Of a stretch of 64,000 bases of DNA, positions 27,791 to 41,439 are shown piece by piece; the first letter of the stretch is position 1, and every line of letters starts with the position of its first letter. The position numbers were made by a program, and so were the translations under genes. Source of the DNA: Octopus bimaculoides (lineage: Eukaryota); assembly GCF_001194135.2 (NCBI RefSeq), contig NC_069001.1, forward strand, positions 29,564,704 to 29,628,703, given 5' to 3'. The notes under the pieces are model-generated. The model saw nothing but the letters and a program-made list of their open reading frames with translations. It searched no databases and was not told where the DNA came from.

Positions 27791-27807
27791 ATATCTGTCT
27801 TAAACAA

Positions 27808-28022
27808 GGAGCCAGCTGCCAGAATCGTTAGCACGCCCAGCAAAATGCTTTGCGGCATTTCGTCCGTCTTTAAGTTCTAAGTTCAAATTCCGTTCAGATC
27901 GATTTTGCCTTTGATCCTTCCGGCTTCGTTAAAAATATGTACCAGTCGTTGACTGGGGTCGAGGTAATCGACTTGCTCCTTGCCTGGAAATTACTGGCCT
28001 TGTACCAAAATTTGAAATCAAT
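27808..28022 (+). mobile_element. SINE family A, tail type 2
   Basis: gctgccagaatcgttagcacgccc...agttcaaattcc...gactggggtcgaggtaatcgact...ccttgtaccaaaatttgaaatcaat. Confidence 0.85.
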
Positions 28023-29124
28023 GCCTAAAACTTTCGGTGTCATTTTATAACTATCAATATAATTAATGAGTTACAGAAATGAAAATATCGCTAAAATACA
28101 TTAATGGGAGTTGCTTAATTGAAAGTCGAGACAACTATGAGAATTTGCATAATGTTTTCAAATACATACATATTTCGGTTTGTACACATTTTAATGATAT
28201 AATATAATATAATATAATATAAAAATGCATTCATTAAATAGAAAAGCATTCTCAGGCCCACGCAATTATATATGTGTGTTTGTATGTGAATATGTAGAAT
28301 CGTGTACATATATGTAAATACATGTGTATGTGAGTGGATTTTCACATGTATGCATATGTATATGTATATAGAACAGGGCATAAATAAGAACAAAGAACAA
28401 TACATTTCAGGTAAATGCATATTGAATTATTTCAATACCCTTCAGCTTTGGTAATTATAGATGATATGAAAAGATTGTTCTCTTCAGAAAACAGATGTTA
28501 TAACTGGGTATCCTTTTACAGATATGGTATGAGGATAATAGCAACACATTGTTTAAGTGTATGAATTACTAGTTGTCAGAGTCATCGGAAAATGATAGCT
28601 CATGTCCTCCGATGAAAGACAATGCTCTCCTAAAGTGATCTGTTACAAAAATCCCATATATTTCTCTATTTAATTTCGAGAACAATGTGATTATTTCAAA
28701 ATAATTAACATGTAGAATTATGTACATTATATATGCTTTGTATATTCTGAAAAGGCATTTGAATTTTATAGAATGTAGGTAAATACTACACAATTGATTT
28801 TTGTTTACATTGCCATAGCTAATGTATTAAAGCAGTTGAATTGAATTAACTCTCGATTCTTTAAATCAGATACAGCCAATTTGTTTTTGAAGACATTAGT
28901 CATGAAACAGGCAGGTTGCACTTCAACAATTTCAAGATAGTTACCTATATGCGTGCAGTTCAGAAATTCGACAAGTGCCGCAGTTTGCCCGTGGTTTTTC
29001 TAAATGTTTGAAGCTAGAATGAAATTTTCGAACGATTTAATAAACGTATCGGTTGCAGGTCATGATTATGCTAAATCATCTCCTGATGATGCAGAAATTA
29101 TTTCAATGGCCTTCCCCATACTGT

Positions 29125-29345
29125 GGAGGGTGGTGGCATAGCAGTCAGGGTATTGGATTCATGACCGTAAGATTGTAGTTTCGATTCATGGACCGGGCGA
29201 TGCATTGTGTCCTTTAGCAAAACATTTAATTTCACATCGCCCCAATCCACGCAACTTACAAAAGTAAATAATGCTTCGACAGATCGACGTCCTGTCCAGG
29301 TAGGGGAATATATACGCCATAAAACCGGGAAATGTTCCTATACCT
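29125..29345 (+). mobile_element. tRNA-headed SINE family D
   Basis: ggtggcatagcagtcagggt A-box-like, gtttcgattc B-box-like, then ttgtgtcctttagcaaaacattt; complementary to minus copies near 30.1 and 43.7 kb. Confidence 0.65.
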
Positions 29346-29526
29346 CTTATTTTCTTCTTATTATGTCTAGTAACACGATTATAAAATCTCTAGAACAAAA
29401 AATTATCCGTAAAAGTAATAGCAGATTATACTTGAACTCGGTACGCACGATATTATATCTCCCTGAAGAAAATTCGATTAAGAATCTCTAGATTTCCCAT
29501 GTTCATAGTATATTAAAGCTATGTAT

Positions 29527-29879
29527 NNNNNNNNNNNNNNNNNNNNNNNNNNNNNNNNNNNNNNNNNNNNNNNNNNNNNNNNNNNNNNNNNNNNNNNNNN
29601 NNNNNNNNNNNNNNNNNNNNNNNNNNNNNNNNNNNNNNNNNNNNNNNNNNNNNNNNNNNNNNNNNNNNNNNNNNNNNNNNNNNNNNNNNNNNNNNNNNNN
29701 NNNNNNNNNNNNNNNNNNNNNNNNNNNNNNNNNNNNNNNNNNNNNNNNNNNNNNNNNNNNNNNNNNNNNNNNNNNNNNNNNNNNNNNNNNNNNNNNNNNN
29801 NNNNNNNNNNNNNNNNNNNNNNNNNNNNNNNNNNNNNNNNNNNNNNNNNNNNNNNNNNNNNNNNNNNNNNNNNNNNNNN
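29527..29879. other. Assembly gap
   Basis: Run of N. Confidence 1.
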
Positions 29880-30049
29880 AGGTAAATGCACACAGTTTAC
29901 ATAGTTTAAATATATTTTAAGAGTGAAAGAGTATTGTGTTTGTCAGTCGGCTTCGCTTTCGCTCATCATGACATGGAAATTGTCGTAAGTTCGTATATTC
30001 TTAAGGTTTTATTCTATGCTGTTTGTGAAGAAGTTTGTGAATGAATGAG

Positions 30050-30210
30050 GTTGCAGGTAGAAAAATTGCGGCACTACTCATTTTTGCCAGCTGAGTGAAC
30101 TGGAGCAACGTGAAATAAAATGTCTTGCTGATGGACACAACGCGTCGCCCGAAATTGAACTAATGACCTTACGACAATGAGCCGAATGCTCTAACCACTA
30201 AGCCACGCGC
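30050..30210 (-). mobile_element. SINE family D head
   Basis: actcatttttgccagctgagtgaactggagcaacgtgaaataaaatgtcttgct...ctctaaccactaagccacgcg. Confidence 0.75.
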
Positions 30211-30739
30211 TTTGAGAAGGCGTGGTAATTGGTCAGTGTTATTATTCGGGACAGAGGAGGTAATTGCTCATCTTTCGGGAGGATATATATATATTACAAC
30301 TCACCACTTGGGAATATTCGAAATTCTCCTCCCTATATAAGCGTTTGTGTGCGTGTATTTGTGTGTATATATGAGCATGTTTGAATATTACTGCAATGAA
30401 CTTCACGTTGCTGAAAGAATAATTCAGGAGGCGTTTTTTATTCTTTTGAATTATCATCCTTGACAAATTTATGGATTGTTGTCTCCTATCTATTTAATGT
30501 CAGAGAGAATAAAGAATGCACTTTTATGCTTCTATCTTTCTTATTTTGAAAATATCACTTCCACGTGTGATTTTCACACCAGAGTGTTCATGTGACATTT
30601 CAGTATTTTCCCTTATTCGTTGAGTTGGCAACTATTTTATGTCCCTAGATTTTCCGAACGTGTGAACAAACATCTTACCCATTGACATTGTATCCAATAC
30701 GCTTGTACACAACAAAAAATTTCGGAAGGTGTTACATAT

Positions 30740-30890
30740 ATGGTAGGAAGCTCAATTCCCAACCATAAGGTTCTCGGTTCCGTCCTACTGCGTGGCACTT
30801 TGGGTAAATGTTTTACCCTACAGCCATGGGCATATCAAAGCCTTGTTAGTGGAGTTTGTACAATGAAACTGAAAGAAAGTTATCGTATAT
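30740..30890 (+). mobile_element. SINE family B head
   Basis: cccaaccataaggttctcggttccgtcctactgcgtggcactttggg...aactgaaagaa. Confidence 0.75.
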
Positions 30891-30909
30891 ATATATACAT
30901 GCATAAATA

Positions 30910-32114
30910 CAGGAGTTGGACAAAATAATGGAAACACCTAGCATCATAGCATCATAATTCTCGAAATATCTATAACACCGTCAAAAACTCATTTATTTTC
31001 ATGTTTTTGATCTGCTATTAGTGTTGCTTAATATGTTTAGCTAAAATTGCTGTTTCTTTTCAGATATCATCAGAAAAAAGTTATTCAAAATACAGATCTT
31101 TCGGACTGACCTTCAAATAAGTAAAATTATTGGTGCTCGTATGGTAGACGCTATCGTAACTTAAAAAGCCGAAATGTTTGGTGTATCAAGGAGTACTGTC
31201 TCGAAATAATGACAGCCTTTGAGGAAGAGGGAAACATCTCCTCATCGAAACAATACTCGGTCAGAAAGTCAAGACTTTGAGATAGGGACCGTCGGATTCT
31301 TACGCAATTTGTTAGAAAGGATCACAAAAGTACAGCTCCCAAAATTACTGGGAGGGTTAATGACCACCTCGAGAACCCAGTTTCCACAAAAACTGTTCAC
31401 CGGGAGCTGCACAAAGCCGAATTTCACGTGAGGGTTGCAATAAAACCACTACCTTCAAAAACAAACATCGTAAAGCATTTAGAGTGTAGAAAAAATCCTA
31501 CAGAATTTGTCCCTAGAGCAGTGGAAGAATGTTATTTTCTCGGACCAGTCAAAATTTACCTAATTTCCGACCACTGGCCGAGTATACGTGTGGAAACAGC
31601 CAAAAGAAGCATTTGTCCCAGATTAATTTATTCCAACTGTTAAACATGGAGGAAGTTCTGTGACGATCTGGGGGCGGTTATACATTAAAAATCCGCCGGC
31701 CCAGTGGTTGCCCTTCATGGCAGAATCAATAGTTAAAACTATTTAAGGATTTTATCTGATCAAATTCATCCTATGGTTGGGGAACTGAATGTACTAATTC
31801 GAACAGCTAAAGTTGTTACTGAATGGCACAAGGAACGTTCTAGGGAAGTTGAACACCTTATCTGGCCACCACAGTCCGCAGATCTCATTATTATTGAACA
31901 TATATGGTGCATTTTCGAAAATAAAGTAAGGAGTCGATATCTTCCATTATCATCACTACATCACCACACGAACTGGAGACTGTTTTAGCTGAAGAATGGA
32001 CAAAAATTCCACTGGAAAGACTTCAAAATATGCCCGAGCCCATACCTCGTAGAATATATCAAAATAAATTCGTTTGAAATATAAAGGCGTTTCCATTATT
32101 TTGTCCAACCCCTG
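30910..32114 (+). mobile_element. Full-length decayed Tc1-family DNA transposon (1205 bp)
   Basis: 26-bp TIRs caggagttggacaaaataatggaaac (30910-30935) and gtttccattattttgtccaacccctg (32089-32114), 1 mismatch; TA at 30908-09 and 32115-16; transposase relic ...FGVSRSTVSKI...PTVKHGGSSV...HLIWPPQSADLIIIEHIW... Confidence 0.95.
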
Positions 32115-32177
32115 TATATAAGTGTGCGTGTGTATTCGTATGTGAGTGTGCGCGTCTATATGTGTGTGTATATGTGT

Positions 32178-32272
32178 GATCCCGATAGAAGTACTAGCCT
32201 TCTAAACAAAGACCACACAAGCCAGTGCTCCAGCAAGGCTGCAGTCAAATGGCAGATACTAGAAAAAGATCG
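32178..32272 (+). mobile_element. SINE family B tail fragment
   Basis: gatagaagtactag...gtgctccagcaaggctgcagtcaaatg. Confidence 0.6.
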
Positions 32273-35200
32273 TCTTGCAACATCTGAACGTTCCGTTATT
32301 TGTGTAATTCATTTTATGAAGCGGCGAGACCTACATTTGTTACGGGTTTGCATTGGAAACAATCACTTTATATATTAACAGCTTATTGCATCATTGATTT
32401 CGCGAAAAAAAAAAGTAGAGCTTTGAACAAATTTTTTAGAATGAAACGTAAGGAAAGAAAGTAATAATTTCAAATATCATCAAATTTAATGGCTTTAACA
32501 CTGTGTGTTCTTCAGTGGGAAGCAAAACTTTCGACTTGCTCAATAGGGTGATTGCAAATTGAAATATAAATGTGTAGGTGTATGTTCCATCCCATTAAGA
32601 GATTGAACAAGGAACATATTTTTTAGTAATAACAACTGCTACATCGAAAAGGTTAATATCTCTCACATATAGCAAAATAGATCTGGGAAACTTCGGTAGA
32701 TCATCAGGACAATGAAGGTCAAAAGTATCGTTCGCATCTGTCTTTGAGTAACTTCATGCTTCCAAACTTTTAGTAAATACTTATCACCATTAATAACAGA
32801 GTAGAACTACATCTAAAACTAATTGTATAATTCATAATAAATGGTAGTTCTGCATATTACACTCTATGGGTTAAAGGGTGTAGTGAAATTTTATGTACTA
32901 AGAAGAACGCTTCCAATACAGTAGGGTGTAGAAATATTTTCTCTCTAGATTATCTGTCATGCTGCTATGTCATTTATAATTGATGAGATGACTCCATAGA
33001 GATTCCGAGGCAGGACAGAGAACTGCACACAAACACACACACGCACACACACACACACACACATAGGCAAACACACATACACTAATATTTATTTACTAAT
33101 ATAAACACTTACATTTATTTATTCAGATAACCTCTAAATGACACCAATGCTTTCAGAGTGTACAACACCTATCATCTGATAAGCACTACTGAAATCAATT
33201 GTTTTATTTATTGTCTCCTCCCAGCACGATCTCCCTTCTAACCAGTCTTCTATCGACCATTCAATTTAATCTGTCTATTCTGAGTTTTAAATTTATTCCG
33301 CTTCCTACCTTAAAAAAAAAATGAAAAACAAGAACAAAAGCCAAAAAACGGAAAAAAAATATCATAAAAACATATTTCATTCAGATTTCTAACAAAATAT
33401 AAAACCCATTTTGCACACCACGCTGCGTGTTGGAAAAAAAAAGAAAACTCCGACTTAAAACACTGGCTTCACTGCTTGAAATAGTCGTTAGGTCAATCTT
33501 GTACCGTTCGACATGACTTTCACGCTAACATACATACAAATATCTACCTACCTACCTACCTGTGTGTCTGTGTCTCCGCCTATCTCTCGCTGTATATATA
33601 CGTCCTATTATCTCTCCCTCTCTCTCTATATATATATATGTCATTCTATCTATAAATATATCTATCTATCTAGCTATCCATCCATCTATGTATCTATCTA
33701 TTTATCTATCTATCTGTTATAATGTTGATCGCAGACTATTTGCATATTATTGTAGGCACTGTAATATTCTTGTCGGCACTATTATGTTGTGACGGTATTC
33801 GGCGTCTTATCTTTGAATCGTCTATCGTGCTATCGCTGATAGCTCCACATGACAGTGACTTAGAAACGTCTACCTTGACGCTAACTCGAACGCATGCATC
33901 ACACAACGCATATATCACGTAACTGTCAATGACGTGTATCAAAAATAAACAAAAAATTCAACAAATAACATTTCAAGATATTCCAGGTAGTGCAGTGAAA
34001 AAAATTTTCACAAATGTCTCAGGTCACGACAACAATTATATCACATCAATTCTTTCACAGATTTCTAAAAGTGAAATTATATCAATTTTGTGTAACAGCT
34101 TCCTTTACTTTAGAAATATGCTAAATATTAGGAGTATAAAGAGAAAGTTGCTTTATATTCCGAGCAGCTCCCGATATCCAGGTTTCTTTTAAAAGTATAT
34201 CGCACGAATCGCGCACATACACTTGTGCTCACATACATGCAAACGTACAAATACTGACAGTTACTGCATACACGGAAGAAGTTCCTTGAAATGTCTCCTA
34301 TAGGAAAATGGTAAACGACGTACACCGGTTCAGTTGAGACATTTTTGTTACTCCATCTATCTTATTATGTAAGCTTTTCTGAATACCACAAATAAAAAGA
34401 AACGCTTGCACATATTTCTTCTAGTTGTTTTCCTACCAATCGTAATTGATAGTTACATCTCTCATTTATTCGTTCCGTGCTAGCTAATTGTGTCTCTGAA
34501 ACAGATTATATAATTTCGATTTTATGCTATCTAAACACGAGAGTACCGTTCAAAAGTATTCGGCCACTTTAAACTATTCTAAATTTCTACTAACTGCTAA
34601 TTTTAAAGTGAATGTTTCGCATTGCGTTTCCACAGATGAAATATTGGACTAGTTGGACTCATCTCCATACCTAATCAATATATTTCATTACAGGGGTTCA
34701 GTATTAGAGGAGATGATGCGAAGCGACCATCAAAATGACCGTGCAAAACTTTTAGGTTATTTCTTATAAAATAATCAATATACAGAAAAATGTCTATTTA
34801 AAATTTATTATTATTATTATATAGCTGAAAAACCGCACACCGTGTGAGATTTTGTTTTGCCTCCTGAGGAGGACGAAATGGAACATTGGCTAAAAGGGAG
34901 CTACATTGCATCATTAGAATATTTCTTTAATGTCTATAGACGTATTTGGTCAGAGGTTGAGAATTTGGTCAGAGGTTGAGAATGGATGAGAATTTTGTAA
35001 AGCAATCATTCTATTAAAGTCCCAAGGTGAATTCCAACTTTTGGGCAATTTATCCAAGAGTACTTATCTTGACGTAAAACCAACAAAGCGAATATCATTT
35101 TCCTCCTCCTTGATCTCTGTTGAAAAATGCCAACCAAGATTCCGTGAATCGGCCAAGTTTTGCATGCTATAAATAGCAACCCAAATGCTTTTAAATCAGA

Positions 35201-35726
35201 TCCTAATGCTAGATGTTCAAGAAAAAAATAAAGAGCAGAAATTCAATCCTGGAATCATCCTGATTACAAAAAGTTACATGTCTATGTAGAGCAAATGTAA
35301 AGGGTGATACCGAGGCCCTCCACAGACAGGATATCGTGTTTATAGTTATAGCATCATGAATGCTTTGGACCATATGTGTATTTCGACAAAGCAGAAACAC
35401 AGTAGTATATACAACATATAAAGATGAGTCAAATTTGTATAATTTGCAATAGCAGTAACAGCACAGTTTCGTTGTCCTTTTATGCAAATGTGTATTTATT
35501 TAACAACGCAATATTAAAGTATAAACGGAACAGTGTCTTCAGCTTCATAAGATGTATTGAAAGAATAATAAAATCTATTGTTTACTACTTCAGATCTCCG
35601 TCAATATAAAAGGTCAATGATATAGAAATATCTTTCATATATGCTTGGCAATGCGATTTGCATTCGATTGACACACAGTTAATCACTCATATTATGCATT
35701 TATCTATCTTTGTATGTATCTCTCTC

Positions 35727-35758
<32 letters not shown>

Positions 35759-35800
35759 CAAAAAATACTTTCTCTCTCTCTCTCTCTCTCACGCACACAA

Positions 35801-35847
<47 letters not shown>

Positions 35848-36606
35848 NNNNNNNNNNNNNNNNNNNNNNNNNNNNNNNNNNNNNNNNNNNNNNNNNNNNN
35901 NNNNNNNNNNNNNNNNNNNNNNNNNNNNNNNNNNNNNNNNNNNNNNNNNNNNNNNNNNNNNNNNNNNNNNNNNNNNNNNNNNNNNNNNNNNNNNNNNNNN
36001 NNNNNNNNNNNNNNNNNNNNNNNNNNNNNNNNNNNNNNNNNNNNNNNNNNNNNNNNNNNNNNNNNNNNNNNNNNNNNNNNNNNNNNNNNNNNNNNNNNNN
36101 NNNNNNNNNNNNNNNNNNNNNNNNNNNNNNNNNNNNNNNNNNNNNNNNNNNNNNNNNNNNNNNNNNNNNNNNNNNNNNNNNNNNNNNNNNNNNNNNNNNN
36201 NNNNNNNNNNNNNNNNNNNNNNNNNNNNNNNNNNNNNNNNNNNNNNNNNNNNNNNNNNNNNNNNNNNNNNNNNNNNNNNNNNNNNNNNNNNNNNNNNNNN
36301 NNNNNNNNNNNNNNNNNNNNNNNNNNNNNNNNNNNNNNNNNNNNNNNNNNNNNNNNNNNNNNNNNNNNNNNNNNNNNNNNNNNNNNNNNNNNNNNNNNNN
36401 NNNNNNNNNNNNNNNNNNNNNNNNNNNNNNNNNNNNNNNNNNNNNNNNNNNNNNNNNNNNNNNNNNNNNNNNNNNNNNNNNNNNNNNNNNNNNNNNNNNN
36501 NNNNNNNNNNNNNNNNNNNNNNNNNNNNNNNNNNNNNNNNNNNNNNNNNNNNNNNNNNNNNNNNNNNNNNNNNNNNNNNNNNNNNNNNNNNNNNNNNNNN
36601 NNNNNN
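35848..36606. other. Assembly gap
   Basis: Run of N after (AT)n. Confidence 1.
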
Positions 36607-37674
36607 AGATACATGGGAAGCTGGATTAAATTTTTCATCAACACAGGGGAGCTGAAATAATTTTTTTCAATGTCCAAGGGAAGCCAAATCACGACAAAAG
36701 TTGATAAATGCTGATCTATAACGATGTTTTTTATTTAGGCACATCGTAAAAGCAATTATAATGATTTGCTTAATATAAAGAAAAGTATGTTTTTCAAGCA
36801 AATACAGTTAGAAAAAATATTTACCACAAAGAGAAAGAGACAAAAATAAAATAACACGTGACAATTTTTTTTCTAAAAACGTTCAATGACGTTCACTGGA
36901 GTGTGGTGTTCGAGTAGACGTCATTCCACATTTTGATTTATCATTACTATTCTTTTCGTTCGATTTTATTTTTCCTCCTCTTTTGTGTTTTTTTTCTGTG
37001 TTTGTGTTGTTCCCTCTGTGTTTCGACCTTGTGTGGTTAATAAAAAAAATTAAGTCGTCAGGTATGTATATGTATGTGTAGATGTGTATACGTGTAGATG
37101 TGTGTGTGTTTGTGCGTTTAATAACGTACCGTATATAGTATGTCTCTACTTTCGTATGCAGCATAAATTAAGGAAATAAAAGCACTTGTAAATAATGTAA
37201 ATAATGTATATAATTCCATAGTCAATCCCAGCGGAATTCCCACACACGAATAACTCTTCGGATAAACACTTGACAGCCGTGATAGATCTTTTGGATGCGT
37301 GAACTACATACTTGCACTCTTATAAAATCTGTATAAGGACTACTTATGTCATATGATGCATACTAGTGGAAATTTAAAAAGGACATGTTACACGTCTCAC
37401 GTCTCACGTAGAGTCTTCTTGCATATGAATACAGGGATCATGTTAGGTTGTATACCTTTCCGTTCCTCTGATTACAGATAAGAAAGCCTCACAATTTGAA
37501 CCGTTACTCTAAGGAACAATTTAAGCTGTCAATAGGAATTATGACAGTACAGTTAAATATATTTATCAATATAGGCCTAACCAGACTGTACACTGAGGGC
37601 AGGGATTTCTTTAATACACGTGAAACTACAAATATTGATGTAAAATATGTGTGCAAAGTCAACACTTTGGGGAG

Positions 37675-37830
37675 TGGATAAGTTGAATACATCTACCCCA
37701 GTGTTCAGCTGGTATTTACCTTAACGAAGGCAAAGTCAACCACAGCGGAAATTGAACATTGAGCCTAAAGACGGACGAATTACGTAAAAGCATTTTGGCT
37801 GGTGTGCTAAAATATATCGCCAACACGCTG
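37675..37830 (-). mobile_element. SINE family A, degenerate
   Basis: ccccagt...ggcaaagtcaaccacagcggaaattgaac...gcattttggctggtgtgctaa. Confidence 0.7.
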
Positions 37831-39388
37831 CCTTGCGAGACTGCAAATATTGCGAATCAGCGAGATAAAATTCCCAGCATCTATCACCAATTTTCCCACG
37901 AGCGCTAGCCTAGTTTACTGAAATGAAGATAAACAAAATTTAATAAAAACGGTGATCAATTTGCCATATGTGTATTCACTCGTGTGCCTGCGTTTGTGTC
38001 TGTTTACATATACATATCGTTGGAGCTTTGGCTGTTCATTTTGCCAATAAAACGTACATGGTTTTGTATTTCATTTCTTAATTAATAATCAAGTAACTAT
38101 CTCAGTAATTGTTTTATGATATGACAAGTGTAAAATATAAACAGGCCCTGCACTTTTATGGGTTTTCAAAAGCATAACGATGTCGCCTTCAGCAGTGTTT
38201 GGTAAAACTATTTCAATACTCAATATATACATAGAGACTCAGAAAAATACATACATACACCTATACACAAATGCATGCACAAACATAAATATACACACAT
38301 ATATAAATATGTATATATATACAGACACAGACATATATATTTATATATGTATGTTTATAGAGGGGAAACAAAAAGAAAAAGAAAGAAGTCAATAAATAAA
38401 TATATAACCAGATAAATAAATGAGTAAATAGATCAACGCGCATATTTGCAATTGACCTCTGTGGTAATCATCAATTTGAATGAAGATTCAAACTTCAAAG
38501 TGTATGGAAGTAATATTACAGGAATCGTATATGCTGATTGTGGTAATCGGTGTAAGCTTCTATAAAAGTTCAATGGTGTATTTGTTTAATATGATTTACT
38601 TCATCCTATCACATATACGTCTGCTTACTTGTGCGTACGTATATAGAATCTAACGTGTATGGAATCGATAACCGTAATTGCTTCTATACACGTATACATA
38701 CACAGATACAATCTTACACAGTTATTAAGAAAAACAGCAATGTCCATTATAAAATTCACAGCCTGTGGTGGCATTCATTTACTTTGAAATTTTATGTGGC
38801 TTTAGCCAGCCACGTCAGTTATGAATAATGAAATTAAACGCCAGTCATTAATACGAAATTAACTCACATAAACATTCAATTAATTAGTTGAGCGATTATT
38901 AATGACTAACAACCACATTATTTAGTCTTGCGTTCGTCGGAATATCAGCTCATGTATGTTCGTATAACTTTCGATTATAAGCGTATGTGTGTATATTTCT
39001 AGGGTAAATATAATTATCACTAGTCACGTACTGACCTGTTCATCTCTCTCGCCATATTGTGTAGTTGAAATGAGTCTTGAAGGCATGAGATGGACTGACT
39101 ATATTTGGCATGCGCTGTGCCATTATGATACAGCCTGCAAATAATAGAGAACACCAAATACTCAACCACTTATACATTTATACGATATGGAAATAATTTC
39201 ATTCATGGGGCAACCGAATAATAATTGTTGACATTCAGGGAGATATATATCTATCTATCTATCTATCTATCTATCTACCTTTCCATCTCCCTGTCTATAT
39301 ACCAATGCACATATGTATATATTTAAGTATGTGTATGTATGTATTTGCATATGTGTGTATATATGTTTCTCTCCATCTCTCTGCTAAT

Positions 39389-39448
<60 letters not shown>

Positions 39449-40331
39449 ATATATATATATATATATATATTCATCTATCTAATGGATCCCACTACGTCCA
39501 CTTGTTGGTGCAGACATTTTGAACCGCAAGCAATACACACATTAAAATCAAGAGAATAAGCAGGATAGAAATTGGGGTTTGTGAACTCAAAGATATTCCT
39601 CGTAACTAGAAAAACCGTCTCCAGTGAGGGATTGCCTGTAATATCCAGTAGCCTCACATAGCCATCTGAATTGAACCTAAGGTCCTATTCATCAGTTCGA
39701 TGGCACGCAGAGGCTGTCGGAACGCCCGCTGTACCCTTTTATGCTGGCTATGGCTTCGTAGTACGAGTTGCAGCAGTCCATTTCACGTCTTGCAGCTTTT
39801 GTAATGTCCATAAAACATTTGAGCAGCAGTATCGATCTGCATTTTGACAGACAATGTGAATCATCGTAATACAATATTTTTTTTTTTTAATTCAAAGGGC
39901 TTCCAGTCCTCCATCTCAGTATTTCCATACCTATAACTTCAATACCTATGCTCACCAACGCTGTTGACCCATCACCAATACACCATGCTGTTCCCGAAAA
40001 ACAAATCAGACAGAAAACACTGTCAAAATTTGCGCGAACACCATGTAAATATATTTGGGGTTGATGGGATCTGCTCCAATTCTTTCTAAATATGTGGACG
40101 TATTTGTGAATTACGAATTATTAGGTATCACCACATTCACCATGTATATTAAAGTACCTGAACTAACCACAGCATGATTTGTGTCTTTGGTGTTACAATT
40201 ATGAAGATGAATGTCATTCGTTCGCAGGTGTTGCTACGGGATTTTATACAGAATATCGTGTGTGGTGTCAAATAGAATTACAGTGGAATTTCTATGCAGG
40301 AACATGGTCCTATCGTTAATCATTTCATCAA

Positions 40332-40941
40332 TTTATATTTGACAATGAATCATGGGAGCTTTTCTGAACGGAATCCCCGTGTTGTGTAGATATGTCAATT
40401 TATTATGTCCATCACAGCTACATGAAGGGAAAGGCATATAGACACGCTGATAATTAAATAAAAGTGATATGCAATTCAAGTATAGCATTGTGGTTAAAAA
40501 CAATGTCTGTATAAAAGCATTGAGGAAATAAAGTAGCGTTCAGTGCATGTTTTTGTAAAGCATCCTCGTTATTATTCATAGTAATACATGCATTTACACA
40601 GGGTGTCGGTGTTCTACGTATGCTTTCTTTTACCTGCGATGTCAAGTACTACCAGAGTGCATGTGTATGTGTGTGTATGTGTTATGTGAATATAAGTGTG
40701 TATGTGTGTGTATGTGTTCTGTGAATATATGTGTGTATGTGGGTGTATGTGTTTATATTTGACAATGAATCATGGGAGCTTTTCTGAACGGAATCCCCAT
40801 GTTGTGTAGATATGTCAATTTATTATGTCCATCAGAGCTACATGAAGGGAAAGGCATATAGACACGCTGATAATTAAATAAAAGTGATATGCAATTCAAG
40901 TATAGTATTGTGGTTAAAAACAATGTCTGTATAAAAGCATT
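40332..40941 (+). repeat. 190-bp direct duplication (40332-40521 and 40752-40941)
   Basis: Direct comparison shows 3 substitutions in 190 bp; offset 420 bp. Confidence 0.95.
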
Positions 40942-41108
40942 AATATATATATATNNNNNNNNNNNNNNNNNNNNNNNNNNNNNNNNNNNNNNNNNNNNNN
41001 NNNATATATAAATCCAAGGAGAACTATCCTTAAGGAGTCTACTTTAGACTTTTTTGCGTTGAAATCTCTTGCTATATTGGTAACGATTACATGTTTTTCT
41101 ATGAACAA

Positions 41109-41145
<37 letters not shown>

Positions 41146-41439
41146 TACCATCTCTACCACCGAATATCACCACCACCACAACCGTCTTTTTTTTTTCATA
41201 TTTTGTAGACAGTTTCTCAACACAGATAAATCTCACGTTTGCGCATAAACGAATACAGTCATAAATTTTAAAGAAAATTTCCTTTTACGCAGTGAAATGA
41301 TTATTCTGAGTGACAAACTGCATGTGTTACTGTTATTCAAATTTAAATAGCAAGGAAGACGTAGAAAACATAAACCCTGAAAATTGCACAAGATACCTTG
41401 TTAAGCTTTGAATTAAACTTATGTCTTGTAACAGACGTA

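Noticed and set aside
34536-35160. Tc1/mariner-like terminal sequence (cgttcaaaagtattcggccac)
   Set aside because: No matching opposite TIR or convincing transposase motif found
35658-36692. ORFs over 300 aa
   Set aside because: Almost entirely N gap
37478-37681. Strong acceptor cctttccgttcctctgattacag followed by short ORFs
   Set aside because: No recognisable product or upstream exon; runs into a SINE
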